Source of the DNA: Actinomycetota bacterium
Lineage (GTDB): Bacteria; Actinomycetota; UBA4738; HRBIN12
DNA length: 64,000 nucleotides
NCBI GenBank assembly: GCA_050692435.1
Contig: JBOGVG010000103.1
Location: forward strand, 2,897-66,896
Reading direction: 5' to 3'
This document shows, in pieces, positions 8,339 to 17,536 of this stretch. Position 1 is the first letter of the stretch. Each line of letters begins with the position of its first letter. The position numbers and the translations under genes were made by a program. The notes under the pieces were generated by a model. It saw only the letters and a list, made by a program, of their open reading frames with translations, did no database searches and was not told the DNA's origin.

Positions 8339-8794
8339 TCAGATCAGGCGCCGCCTGGACGGAGGCCAGTACACGAGGCGCAGCGTGGCCTTGATGCGGT
8401 CGGTCGTGACCGGCCCGAAGTGGCGGCTGTCGGTGGAGGCGGCAGGGCTGTCGCCCTCCACCCACCACTCGTCGAACGCCAGGAACCGGCCGCCCGGGGC
8501 GAGCTCGCCGGGGATGCCGGTGATGCGCTTCACCATCTCGAACCCCGGACGCGCCGGATGCTCCACGACGACCACGTGCCGGCGGCGGAGCCGTGCGGGC
8601 TTCACGGCGAGAGCCCAGTCCCCGGGCAGAAGCGTTGGGGCCATGCTGGGGCCGGTGATCTCGACCTTGAACGGCTTCCACCGAAGGAAGCAGTAGGCGA
8701 GGGCCACGCCCACCGCCACGGTGGCCGCCGTCTGGCTCAATCTCCGACCGCGGTGATAGGTTGGGTCGGAGACCTCGTCGGAAGGAGGCGGCAT
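8339..8794 (-). CDS. sodX: S26-family signal-peptidase-like protease, NiSOD maturation protease
   Basis: GPSMAPTL (catalytic Ser) and EMVKRI (Lys). It is divergent from sodN. Candidate starts are ATG 8794, ATG 8800 or TTG 8818, and all of them overlap the sodN 5' end. Confidence 0.75.
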   Translation of the reverse strand: MPPPSDEVSDPTYHRGRRLSQTAATVAVGVALAYCFLRWKPFKVEITGPSMAPTLLPGDWALAVKPARLRRRHVVVVEHPARPGFEMVKRITGIPGELAPGGRFLAFDEWWVEGDSPAASTDSRHFGPVTTDRIKATLRLVYWPPSRRRLI

Positions 8795-9218
8795 GTCCAT
8801 CCTCGAAGCTTTGCGCAAGCCCCACCGCGTCGTCCACGCCCACTGCGACCTGCCGTGCGGAATCTACGACCCGGCCCAGGCCCGCATCGAGGCCGAGTCT
8901 GTCAAGGCCGTCCAGGCCCGGTACCAGGCCCCGGACAAGTTCAAGACGGCGGGCGAGACGGCGGAGGACTACAAGTCCCGGTGCCTTCAGATCAAGGAGG
9001 AGCGGGCCAACCTGGTCAAGGAGCACCTGTGGGTGCTGTGGACCGACTACTTCAAGCCCGAGCACCTCGAGGCGTACCCCCAGCTCCACGAGCTGTTCTG
9101 GAAGGCCACTAAGGAGGCCGGGGCGGCGAAGAAGTCCCAGGACCCGGAGCAAGGCGAGAAGCTGCTCACCCTGATCGACGAGATCGCGAAGATCTTCTGG
9201 GAGACCAAGGCCGCGTAG
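8793..9218 (+). CDS. sodN: Nickel superoxide dismutase precursor
   Basis: A leader (MSILEALRKPHRVVHA) is followed by the Ni-hook HCDLPCGIYDP. The C-terminus ends IDEIAKIFWETKAA. GGAAGGAGG RBS is present. Confidence 0.95.
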   Translation: MSILEALRKPHRVVHAHCDLPCGIYDPAQARIEAESVKAVQARYQAPDKFKTAGETAEDYKSRCLQIKEERANLVKEHLWVLWTDYFKPEHLEAYPQLHELFWKATKEAGAAKKSQDPEQGEKLLTLIDEIAKIFWETKAA

Positions 9219-9282
9219 GTATCGCCCAGCGCAAGGAGCCAAGGGGCGGGTTCGAGCCCCGGTCGGCTAGGCTCGCCGGACC

Positions 9283-10263
9283 GTGAAGAACATCGGGCTG
9301 GTCGGCGTGCCGTTCTCCGGCAAGTCCACGCTGTTCACCGCGCTCACGCATGCGGGCGCGAAGGGCGGCCACGCGAACCAGGCCGTCGTGCCGGTCCCGG
9401 ACCCGCGGGTGGAGGCGCTCGCCGAGATCGACCGGTCGAAGAGGGCCGCCCACGCCCAGGTCCGGTTCGTCGACGTCCCCGGCGGGACCTCCTCCGCGCA
9501 CGGCATCGGACAGCTCCGGGAGACGGATGCGCTGTGCCTGGTGATCCGGTGCTTCGGCCCCGACGCGAAACCAGCTGCCGAGCTCGCGGATGTCACGGCC
9601 GACCTGGTCCTGGCCGACGTGGCGGTGATCGAGCCTGCTCTGGAGAAGGCCGAGAAGCACTCCAGGGGCAAGCCCTCTCAGGAGGAGGTGGGGGCGCTTC
9701 GCAGGGCGCGGGATGCCCTGTCGGCCGAGACGCTCCTCCGCGACGCCGGCCTGGCGCAGGAGGAGCTAACGCACCTCCGGCCGTTCGCGCCCCTGACCCT
9801 CAAGCCGTGGGTCGTGGTGGCGAACCTCGAGGAAGGTGCCGCCGTGCCGTCCGACCTCCCCGATGGAACCGTCGGCGTGTGGGCCGAGATCGAGGCGGAG
9901 ACGGCGGAGATGGACGCCGAGGAGGCGCGAGCGCTGCTCGACGAGTTCGGGGTGCACGAGCCGGGGCTGGAGAAGGTGGTGCACGGGTGCTATCGGGCCC
10001 TCGACCTCATCTCGTTCCTCACCGGCGGGCCCGAGGAGGCCCACGCGTGGGAGGTCCGCCGCGGCGCGAAGGCACCGGAGGCCGCGGGGATGATCCACAC
10101 CGACATGGAGCGCGGCTTCATCCGGGCCGAGGTCATCCCGTTCGACGACCTGGTGGCCGCGGGGAGCATGGACGCGGCCAAGCACAAGGGCCTGGTTCGG
10201 GTGGAGGGGAAGGACTACGTCGTCCAGGAGGGCGACGTGGTCCACGTCCGCTTCGCAGTCTAA
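9283..10263 (+). CDS. ychF: YchF-type redox-regulated ATPase (OBG-HflX-like GTPase superfamily)
   Basis: P-loop GVPFSGKSTLF and a C-terminal TGS-like domain (HTDMERGFIRAEVIPFDDL...GKDYVVQEGDVVHVRF). GTG start. Confidence 0.8.
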   Translation: MKNIGLVGVPFSGKSTLFTALTHAGAKGGHANQAVVPVPDPRVEALAEIDRSKRAAHAQVRFVDVPGGTSSAHGIGQLRETDALCLVIRCFGPDAKPAAELADVTADLVLADVAVIEPALEKAEKHSRGKPSQEEVGALRRARDALSAETLLRDAGLAQEELTHLRPFAPLTLKPWVVVANLEEGAAVPSDLPDGTVGVWAEIEAETAEMDAEEARALLDEFGVHEPGLEKVVHGCYRALDLISFLTGGPEEAHAWEVRRGAKAPEAAGMIHTDMERGFIRAEVIPFDDLVAAGSMDAAKHKGLVRVEGKDYVVQEGDVVHVRFAV

Positions 10264-10315
10264 ACGCGCCGGCTTTCTCTGGCGTTGCAGTCCCTTAATC
10301 CTATATCCTGAGCCC

Positions 10316-10705
10316 ATGAGCGAGGGCTACCGGATCGGGGAGGCCGCGGAGATACTCGGCGTGCGGGTGGAGACCCTCCGCCGGTGGGAGCGGGAGGGAG
10401 CCATCAAGGCCGCACGAACCAGGGGTGGCCAGCGCCTCATCCCGGCCGGCGAGGTGGCCCGGCTCCTGGCCGAACGGCGGTCGCACCCCAAGGTCACGGC
10501 GGGGAGCGTCCGCAACCGGTTTCCCGGCGTAGTCACCGAGGTGAAGCGGGACAAGCTCGCCGCGACCGTGGAGATCCTGGCGGGCCCTCACCGGATCCTC
10601 GCCTTCATCACCCGCGAAGCCGTGGACGAGATGGGCCTGAAACCGGGGATGCACGCCGTGGCCACGGTGAAGGCCACCAACGTCATGGTTGAGCTCGCGG
10701 AATGA
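10316..10705 (+). CDS. MerR/excisionase-type HTH plus TOBE (molybdopterin-binding) domain regulator
   Basis: YRIGEAAEILGVRVETLRRWEREG forms the HTH. SVRNRFPGVVTEV...ATVKATNVMVE forms the TOBE/Mop domain. Confidence 0.8.
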   Translation: MSEGYRIGEAAEILGVRVETLRRWEREGAIKAARTRGGQRLIPAGEVARLLAERRSHPKVTAGSVRNRFPGVVTEVKRDKLAATVEILAGPHRILAFITREAVDEMGLKPGMHAVATVKATNVMVELAE

Positions 10706-11895
10706 GCGCTGCCGTAACAGGGCCCGCCGCCGGTGGGTTCCGGATAGGCGTGGGCGAGGCCGCCGGCGCCGTGGCCGACCTCGGCGTGCTCGTTCCCCTG
10801 GCGGCGGCGCTCATCTTGGTGAACGGCCTCGACCCCGGCGCCCTCCTCGTGTGCGCCGGGCTCCTCGTCATCGCCGCAGGCGTGGCCTTCCGTGTCCCCT
10901 TCCCGATTCAGCCGCTGAAGGCCCTGACGGCCGTGGCCGTGGCCCAGCAGCTCTCGCCCGACGTGATCCACGCCGCCGGTCTCGAGCTGGCGGGCTTCCT
11001 CATCCTGCTCTCGGTGGGGCATGTCGCCGACGTCGTGGCCCGCCTGTTCACGAAGCCCGTGGTCCGGGCCCTCCAACTGGGCGTGGGGGGGCTGCTCGTC
11101 CTCACGGCGCTCCGCCTGGTCCAGCGCCCACCGGACCTCTTCGCGGGAACGCCGCCCTCTCCCTGGCCCGTCGTGTTGGCCGTCCTCGCGTTCAGCGGCG
11201 TCGCGGCCGCCGCGCACAAGCGCCACTACTGGGCGGCGCTCGCTCTGTTCGGCGTGGGCTGTGCGGCCGTCCTCGCTGCCGTCCAACCGAGCGTCGGCGG
11301 GCCAGCGTTCGCGCTTCCCTCAGTAAGGATCCCCCCGGCGGCCGCGTTCGGGACGGCGCTCCTCCTCCTGGTGCTCCCCCAGCTCCCCCTCACGTTCGGC
11401 AACGCCGTGGTGGCCGTGAACGACCTGGCGCACGAGTACTTCGGCCCTGCAGCGGAGCGGGTGAGCCCATCGCGGGTGTGCCTCTCGGCGGGCCTCGGAA
11501 ACACGGTCTCCGCGCTCCTCGGCGGGATGCCGATGTGCCACGGCGCCGGCGGCCTCACCGCTCACGTTCGCCTGGGGGCCCGGACCGCGGGGATGAACCT
11601 GCTCCTCGGTGGGGCCTTCCTGTTCCTGGGGCTGTTCTTCGCCGCCCAGGTTCCGGTGCTCCTGGGACTCCTCCCGGTGTGGGTGTTGGCGGCTTTTCTC
11701 GCCTACGCCGGGTTCCGCCATGCCTGGCTGGTGAGCGATCTCGGGGGCGCGCCCCTGGCCATCGCCGCCGTCGCCGGGGTCTTCGGCGTCCTCCTGGGGA
11801 ACATGGCCGTCACGGCTTCGGTCGCGCTGATCGCCGACCACGGGTGGCGGCTCCTGGTGCGAGCCCGCGCGAGGAAGGTGGGGACGGGGGTCTGA
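10702..11895 (+). CDS. MOT1/SulP-like putative molybdate (sulfate) transporter
   Basis: Polytopic membrane protein. N-terminal GEAAGAVADLGVLVPLA and FRVPFPIQPLKA match the MOT1-type family. ATGA overlap with the TOBE regulator gene. Confidence 0.7.
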   Translation: MSAAVTGPAAGGFRIGVGEAAGAVADLGVLVPLAAALILVNGLDPGALLVCAGLLVIAAGVAFRVPFPIQPLKALTAVAVAQQLSPDVIHAAGLELAGFLILLSVGHVADVVARLFTKPVVRALQLGVGGLLVLTALRLVQRPPDLFAGTPPSPWPVVLAVLAFSGVAAAAHKRHYWAALALFGVGCAAVLAAVQPSVGGPAFALPSVRIPPAAAFGTALLLLVLPQLPLTFGNAVVAVNDLAHEYFGPAAERVSPSRVCLSAGLGNTVSALLGGMPMCHGAGGLTAHVRLGARTAGMNLLLGGAFLFLGLFFAAQVPVLLGLLPVWVLAAFLAYAGFRHAWLVSDLGGAPLAIAAVAGVFGVLLGNMAVTASVALIADHGWRLLVRARARKVGTGV

Positions 11896-11930
11896 GCTTC
11901 CCGCCCGGCCCGGGTACGCTTGCCGCGCCC

Positions 11931-12641
11931 ATGGCCGCAACCGACAAACGGCGGCGGGATCCCGAGCCCTCGGCCCTCGAGCGACTGCTGGAGCGCGTGC
12001 CCCTGGACGGGCCCGTTGCGTCGGAGGCCGAAGGCTCCCGGAGGAAGGAGCACCCCCCGCTGATCCGCGACGTCCCGGTCCTCGTCCTCATCTCGCTGGT
12101 CGTGGCCATCCTCATTAAGTCCTTCCTGGTCCAGGCGTTCTTCATCCCCTCCTCCTCGATGGAGCCCACGCTCATGCCGGGAGACCGGGTGCTGGTGAGC
12201 AAGCTCGCGTACCGGTTCGGCGACGTCGGCCGGGGCGACGTCGTCGTCTTCGAGAACCCCGACACCGCGTTGCTCCAGGACCGGAGCGTCCTCGGGTCCT
12301 TCTTCCACTGGCTGGGCGAAGGCCTGGGGTTCGCGCGGCCGGAGGAAGAGGACCTCATCAAGCGGGTGATCGGGATCCGTGGCGACATCGTCGAGATCAG
12401 GGATCGCACCGTCCACGTGAACGGGCAACCGCTCGCCGAGCTCTACCTCACGCCCGACGCCCGAGCGGCCATGGGCGATTACGGCCCGGTGACGGTGCCG
12501 GAGGGCATGCTGTTCGTGTTGGGCGACAACCGGGGCAACTCGGCCGACTCGCGCGCGATCGGCTTCGTACCGGAGGACCGGGTGGTCGGACGGGCCTTCG
12601 TGATCATCTGGCCGCCTTCGGATGCCGGGGGACTGGACTGA
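11931..12641 (+). CDS. lepB: Signal peptidase I
   Basis: IPSSSMEPTL (Ser), LIKRVIG (Lys) and GDNRGNSADSR boxes. The start was trimmed to ATG 11931, because the upstream part of ORF 10689..12641 is shadow sequence. Confidence 0.9.
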   Translation: MAATDKRRRDPEPSALERLLERVPLDGPVASEAEGSRRKEHPPLIRDVPVLVLISLVVAILIKSFLVQAFFIPSSSMEPTLMPGDRVLVSKLAYRFGDVGRGDVVVFENPDTALLQDRSVLGSFFHWLGEGLGFARPEEEDLIKRVIGIRGDIVEIRDRTVHVNGQPLAELYLTPDARAAMGDYGPVTVPEGMLFVLGDNRGNSADSRAIGFVPEDRVVGRAFVIIWPPSDAGGLD

Positions 12642-12663
12642 TACCGCCGACGCGATTCGGCCG

Positions 12664-14073
12664 TCAGGACGAGGCCGGGATGCCCTCCCCCTCGGCCCAC
12701 TCGTCGAGGAGCCGGTAGGCCTCGTCCTTCTCGATGGGACCACGCTCCAGGCGAAGCTCCATGAGGTGCTCGAGGGCCTCCCCCACCACCGGGCCGGGTC
12801 CGATACCGAGGTGGGCCATGACCTCGTTGCCGTCGAGCGGCGGCCGGATGGCCTCCAGGTTCTCCTCCTCGGCCAGGTGCGCGATCCGCTCCTCCAGCTG
12901 GTCCTGGAGGGACTGGAACTGCTTGGCCCTGAACCGGTTCCCCGTGGTGACGTCGGCCCGGGTTAGCTGGTTCAGCTTGTCGAGGAGCGGCCCGGCGTCG
13001 CGAACGTACCGGCGCACGGCGCTGTCGGTCCACCCCTCCCCGTACCCGTGGAACCGGAGATGCATCTCCACCAGCTTGCGCACGTTGTCCACGAGGCTGT
13101 TCGGGTAGCGAAGCGCGCGCAGCCGCTCCTCGACCATCCGGGCCCCGACCACCTCGTGGTGGTGGAACTGCACGCCCTCCGGCGTGACCTGCCGTGTCCG
13201 GGGCTTCCCGATGTCGTGTAGCAGGGCGGCCAGGCGGACCTCCAGGTCGGTGGGGTCGCACCGCTCCACCACCGCCAGGGTGTGGTGAAAGACGTCCTTG
13301 TGCTTGTGGACCGGGTCCTGCTCCAGCATCAGCGCCGGGAGCTCGGGCAGGAACTCCTCGGCCAGGCCGGTGTTCACGACGAGCTCCAGGCCCTTGGACG
13401 GCTTCGCCGAAAGCAGCAGCTTCGAGAGCTCGTCTGAGATCCGCTCCAAGGACACGATGCGCAGCCGCTCGCGCAGGCGCTTGATCGCCTCCACCACCCT
13501 CGGTGCCGGCGTGAGGTCGAGCTGCGAGACGAACCGTGCCGCCCGCAGCATCCGCAGAGGGTCGTCGGAGAAGGCGACCTCGGGATCGAGCGGCGTATCC
13601 AGCCGCTTCGCCGCCAAGGCCTTGACCCCACCGAACGGATCGAGGAACTCGCCGTCCGGCAGGCGCACCGCCATGGCGTTGATCGTGAAGTCCCGGCGGG
13701 ACAGGTCGGTGTGGATGTCGCGGGCGAAGGTGACCGACGGCTTGCGGGTGTCCTCCGGATAGACCTCCTCGCGGAACGTCGTGATCTCCATGTGCACGTC
13801 GCCCTTTCGGGCCCCGACCGTCCCGAACCGCACGCCGATCAGCTTGCGACTGTTGGCCCATCCCTGAAGGAGCTTGATGGTCTGCCGGGGTGGGGCGTCG
13901 GTGGCCAGGTCGAACTCCGCGCCCTCGCGCGCCTGCCCGAGCAGCAGGTCGCGAACCACCCCGCCCACCAGGTACAGCTCGTGCCCGGCCATGCGGAACC
14001 GCTCGCCGAGCTCCGTGGCGAGAGGAGGGACCTCCAGGCGCGCGCCCTCGTTCGGGCGCGTGGGACGGGCCAT
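12664..14073 (-). CDS. cca: CCA-adding tRNA nucleotidyltransferase / poly(A) polymerase family with HD domain
   Basis: LYLVGGVVRDLLLG, RRDFTINAM and RMLRAARF motifs, plus the HD motif LHDIGKP. The start is ATG MARPTRP (cat 14071-14073). Confidence 0.9.
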   Translation of the reverse strand: MARPTRPNEGARLEVPPLATELGERFRMAGHELYLVGGVVRDLLLGQAREGAEFDLATDAPPRQTIKLLQGWANSRKLIGVRFGTVGARKGDVHMEITTFREEVYPEDTRKPSVTFARDIHTDLSRRDFTINAMAVRLPDGEFLDPFGGVKALAAKRLDTPLDPEVAFSDDPLRMLRAARFVSQLDLTPAPRVVEAIKRLRERLRIVSLERISDELSKLLLSAKPSKGLELVVNTGLAEEFLPELPALMLEQDPVHKHKDVFHHTLAVVERCDPTDLEVRLAALLHDIGKPRTRQVTPEGVQFHHHEVVGARMVEERLRALRYPNSLVDNVRKLVEMHLRFHGYGEGWTDSAVRRYVRDAGPLLDKLNQLTRADVTTGNRFRAKQFQSLQDQLEERIAHLAEEENLEAIRPPLDGNEVMAHLGIGPGPVVGEALEHLMELRLERGPIEKDEAYRLLDEWAEGEGIPASS

Positions 14074-14125
14074 GACCCGGTCAGGATACCCCCGGCCCCC
14101 ACCGGCCCTGCGGTACCGTCGCGCC

Positions 14126-14491
14126 ATGGCGGCCGTCTTGGGGTTCGTGTGGACGCTTCCCAACACCGTCGTCGGGCTGGTGCTCGGCCTGTTCACGTTC
14201 CAGCCGCCCCGGATCCACGGCGGCGCGCTCGTGTTCGACCGGGCGCCCCGGGGCCTCTCCTTGCTGATGTCGAAGATGAACCGGAGCGCGATGACCGTCG
14301 GCTTCGTGATCCTTTCGGCCGTGCCGGTGGAGGGAGTGCTCCTCGAGCACGAACTGCACCACATCCGGCAGTACTGCCGGTGGGGACCGCTGTTCATCCC
14401 GGCGTACTTCGCGCTGGCCGTGCCGTTCGGTTACCGGCGGCATCCGTTCGAGCGGGCGGCGCGCCGAGCCGCGGGGGAGCCCGACCGTTAG
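14126..14491 (+). CDS. Small membrane protein with HExxH motif (HELHH)
   Basis: 121 aa with 2-3 TM segments and LLEHELHHIRQY. Its stop overlaps the convergent pilT stop (TTAG). Confidence 0.45.
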   Translation: MAAVLGFVWTLPNTVVGLVLGLFTFQPPRIHGGALVFDRAPRGLSLLMSKMNRSAMTVGFVILSAVPVEGVLLEHELHHIRQYCRWGPLFIPAYFALAVPFGYRRHPFERAARRAAGEPDR

Positions 14492-15576
14492 ATCAGCTGC
14501 GGGGTCCCCCGCGTCATGACGCCGCTCAGCGCGAGGTTGAAGTCATGGGGGTTGGTTGAGGCCCGCCGAGCGTCCTCCTCACTGACGATGCCCTCCTTCG
14601 TCAGCCTCACCAGGTCCTGGTCGAAGGTCTGCATCCCGTAGTAGCCGCCCTCCGCCATGATGTCGCGGATCTCGGTGGTGGCCTCGGGGTCGACGATCCT
14701 GTCGTAGACGCGACCGTTCGCGATCAGCACCTCCACCGTTGGAACCCGGCCCTTGCCGTCGGACCGCGGCACCAGCCGCTGGGACACGATGCCCCGAAGC
14801 GCCCCGGCGAACGACGTGCGCACCTCCTTCTGCTGCGTCGGGGGGAACAGGTCGAGCAACCGGTTGATGGTCTCGGTGGCGTCGATCGTGTGCATCGTGG
14901 AGATGACGAGGTGGCCCGTCTCCGCGGCCTGGATGGCCGAGAGCGCCGAGTCGGGGTCCCGGATCTCGCCGATGAAGATGATGTCCGGGTCCTGCCGGAT
15001 CACGCGCTTGAGGGCCACCGCGTACGACTCGGTGTCCAGGCCGAGCTCGCGCTGCTGGATGATCGACATGTCGTCGTCGTGGACGACCTCGATAGGGTCC
15101 TCGACGGTCAGGATGTGCGCTCGACGCGTCCGATTGATGTGCCCGATCATCGCGGCGATGCTGGTGGTCTTCCCGGTGCCCGTGGGCCCCGTCAGGAGCA
15201 CCAGGCCCCGGCTCGAGTCGGCCAGGTCCTTGATGACCATCGGGAGGCCCAGCTCCTCGAAGGTCGGGACCTCGGCACGCACCCGACGGACGGCCACGCT
15301 GATCACGCCCCGCTGGCGGAACACGTTCACCCGGAACCGTCCTACGCCGGGTAGGGAGTACCCGAAGTCGGCCTCGTTCGTGGACGCGAACTCCCGAACC
15401 TTGTGGTCGGGCATAAGCGTCGCGGCGAACGTCTGTGTATCGGTCCCGCTGAGGCCAGGGTAGGACGTCGGATGCAGCGTCCCATCCACTCGGATGAACG
15501 GGACGTTGCCGACCTTCAGGTGAAGGTCGCTGGCCCCCATCTCGACGGTGTGGCGGAGCAGCTCGTTGACGTCCAT
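14488..15576 (-). CDS. pilT: Type IV pilus retraction ATPase PilT family
   Basis: ASDLHLKVG, Walker A GPTGTGKTT, Asp box, Walker B IIFIGEIRD and His box TGHLVISTMHT. The start is MDVNELL. Confidence 0.9.
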   Translation of the reverse strand: MDVNELLRHTVEMGASDLHLKVGNVPFIRVDGTLHPTSYPGLSGTDTQTFAATLMPDHKVREFASTNEADFGYSLPGVGRFRVNVFRQRGVISVAVRRVRAEVPTFEELGLPMVIKDLADSSRGLVLLTGPTGTGKTTSIAAMIGHINRTRRAHILTVEDPIEVVHDDDMSIIQQRELGLDTESYAVALKRVIRQDPDIIFIGEIRDPDSALSAIQAAETGHLVISTMHTIDATETINRLLDLFPPTQQKEVRTSFAGALRGIVSQRLVPRSDGKGRVPTVEVLIANGRVYDRIVDPEATTEIRDIMAEGGYYGMQTFDQDLVRLTKEGIVSEEDARRASTNPHDFNLALSGVMTRGTPQLI

Positions 15577-15583
15577 CCCGACT

Positions 15584-16312
15584 TCAGTCGTCGGCCGGTT
15601 CGCCCTCCGGCTTGAGGTCGGAGGGCCTCCCGAGCCCATCCGTCGACTCCAGATCGGGCAGCTGCTTCTCGACGGCCCGGTGCGAGGCCCGAAGCCTCGA
15701 AGCCCCGATCAGGAGCAGCAGGACCATCAGGACGACCAGCCCGGCGGGGGTGACGTACCGCTCCCACCGCGCGTAGCTCGCCCCGATCACGTACCCCAGG
15801 ATCGAATGGCCTACCCCCCAGATGACCGCCCCGGCAACGTCGTACATCAGGAACCGGCGCCACCGCATGGCGGCAACGCCGGCCAGGATGAACCCCATGC
15901 TCCTCACGAACGGGATGAACCGGCCGAAGAACACGGTCTTGCCGCCGTGGGACCGGTAGTAGCGGTCGGCCTTCTCCAGTCGCTCCGGCGTGATGAACAG
16001 CTTGCCGCCGTGGCGCTCCAGGAACCCTCGACCGAACCGCCGGCCGATCACGTAGCCGACGTTGTCGCCGAGGATGGCGCCGAAGCAGGCCGCGAAGGCA
16101 ACCCACGCGAGCGAAAGGTCGCCGATGCTCGCATAGAATCCGCCGATGATGACGAGGGTCTCGCCGGGGACGATGACCCCCGCCCCCACGGAGTTCTCCA
16201 GGAACGTGCCCCCCCCCACGATCAGGTAGCCCCACGGCACGGAGAGATACGGGCGGAGGAAGTCGATGATGCGGTCGACCACGGGTGGCCAGTATAGGTG
16301 GGGCCCTCGCAC
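15584..16312 (-). CDS. DedA-family membrane protein
   Basis: ENSVGAGVIVPGETL...GDNVGYVIGRRFG...FGRFIPFVRS motifs. GTG start at 16312, with an alternative GTG at 16282. Confidence 0.8.
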   Translation of the reverse strand: MRGPHLYWPPVVDRIIDFLRPYLSVPWGYLIVGGGTFLENSVGAGVIVPGETLVIIGGFYASIGDLSLAWVAFAACFGAILGDNVGYVIGRRFGRGFLERHGGKLFITPERLEKADRYYRSHGGKTVFFGRFIPFVRSMGFILAGVAAMRWRRFLMYDVAGAVIWGVGHSILGYVIGASYARWERYVTPAGLVVLMVLLLLIGASRLRASHRAVEKQLPDLESTDGLGRPSDLKPEGEPADD

Positions 16313-16321
16313 CGGCCTTCG

Positions 16322-16747
16322 ATGAAGACACGGAGCGAGGTCTCGGCCGGTGGCGTCGTGTATCGACGGGTGGGCGATGCGATCGAGGTGGCCCTGGCGG
16401 CCCGCCGGACCCGCCGGGGCGAACTGGCGTGGGGCCTACCCAAGGGCGAGATCGAGCCAGACGAGACCGCCGAGCAAGCAGCCGTCCGAGAGGTTCACGA
16501 GGAGACCGGCCTGGAGGCCGAGATCGAGGCATCGCTCGGAGACATCCGGTACTTCTACGTCTGGGAAGGGGTCCGGATCCGCAAGGCCGTTCGGTTCTTC
16601 CTCATGTGCGCGACCGGGGGCGACGTCTCGCTCCATGACCACGAGATGGAGGACGTGCGGTGGTTCCCGCTCCCCGTCGCCCTTCGCCGTGCCGCTTATC
16701 GCGGGGAGCGCGAGGTCCTGGAACGGGCTTCGAACCGGTTGGCATGA
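16322..16747 (+). CDS. Nudix hydrolase (MutT4 position)
   Basis: Nudix box GLPKGEIEPDETAEQAAVREVHEETG. ATG 16322 is preferred over GTG 16298, which would overlap the dedA start. Confidence 0.85.
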   Translation: MKTRSEVSAGGVVYRRVGDAIEVALAARRTRRGELAWGLPKGEIEPDETAEQAAVREVHEETGLEAEIEASLGDIRYFYVWEGVRIRKAVRFFLMCATGGDVSLHDHEMEDVRWFPLPVALRRAAYRGEREVLERASNRLA

Positions 16748-17520
16748 CCCCGCTCCAGGTATTCGCCGGCGCCCTCGTGGGGTTCATCGCCGGCATCCTG
16801 TCCGGCCTGTTCGGGGTAGGCGGAGGGACCGTCACCACCCCGGCCATCAACGTCTTCCTGGGCGGCACGGCCATCCAGGCCGTGGCCACCCCGCTCCCGG
16901 CGATCTTCCCCACCTCGCTGGTGGGCGCCATCACCTACGGGCGGGCCGGAGAGGTGAGCTTCCGGGCCTTCGGGTGGGCCGTGGGGCCGGGGGTCGCCGG
17001 AGCGATCATCGGGGCTGGCCTCACCGACGCGGTGAACGCCCACCTCCTCCTGGTGATCACGGCCGTGCTGATCGGCTGGACGGCGGTGCAGGTCATCCGA
17101 GACAGGCGCCCCCGAACGGCCTGGGAGCGGGGAAAGACTCCGGGGTGGAAGTACGGGGCCATCGGGTTCGTGGCCGGCTTCGTGTCCGGGCTCCTCGGGC
17201 TGGGCGGAGGGATCGTGATGGTGCCGGCGTTCACCGCGATCCTGGGGATGCCGCTGAAGCGCGCCCTCGGCACCTCGCTCGTCACGATCGCGGCCCTGGT
17301 GATCCCGGGGACCATCGTCCACGCCGTCCTCGGCCACATCGACTGGGCCATCTTCCTCGTCCTCACCATCGGCGTGGTCCCCGGGGCCAGGATCGGAGCG
17401 CAGGTCGCGCTGGGGGCGAAGGAACGCCCGCTCCGCCTGGCGGTGGGCGCCTTCCTGTTCGCCGTCGCAGTCCTGTACGGCGTTCGGGAGCTGGCCGCCC
17501 TCGTTGGGGCCTCCGGGTAG
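16744..17520 (+). CDS. TauE/SafE (TSUP) family anion exporter
   Basis: Two-fold repeated GxxxGLxGxGGG motifs (GILSGLFGVGGG and GFVSGLLGLGGG) and about 8 TM segments. ATGA overlap with the Nudix gene. Confidence 0.8.
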   Translation: MTPLQVFAGALVGFIAGILSGLFGVGGGTVTTPAINVFLGGTAIQAVATPLPAIFPTSLVGAITYGRAGEVSFRAFGWAVGPGVAGAIIGAGLTDAVNAHLLLVITAVLIGWTAVQVIRDRRPRTAWERGKTPGWKYGAIGFVAGFVSGLLGLGGGIVMVPAFTAILGMPLKRALGTSLVTIAALVIPGTIVHAVLGHIDWAIFLVLTIGVVPGARIGAQVALGAKERPLRLAVGAFLFAVAVLYGVRELAALVGASG

Positions 17521-17536
17521 GATGGGCCCGCCGACC

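Noticed and set aside
9243-9270. tRNA T-arm-like sequence GGGGCGGGTTCGAGCCCCGGTCGGCTA downstream of sodN, considered as a possible att-site or tRNA remnant.
   Set aside because: It folds simply as a GGGGC/GCCCC hairpin after the sodN stop, so it is likely a terminator. There is no adjacent acceptor-stem match, repeat partner or integrase. It does not match the missing tRNA-Ala 3' half.
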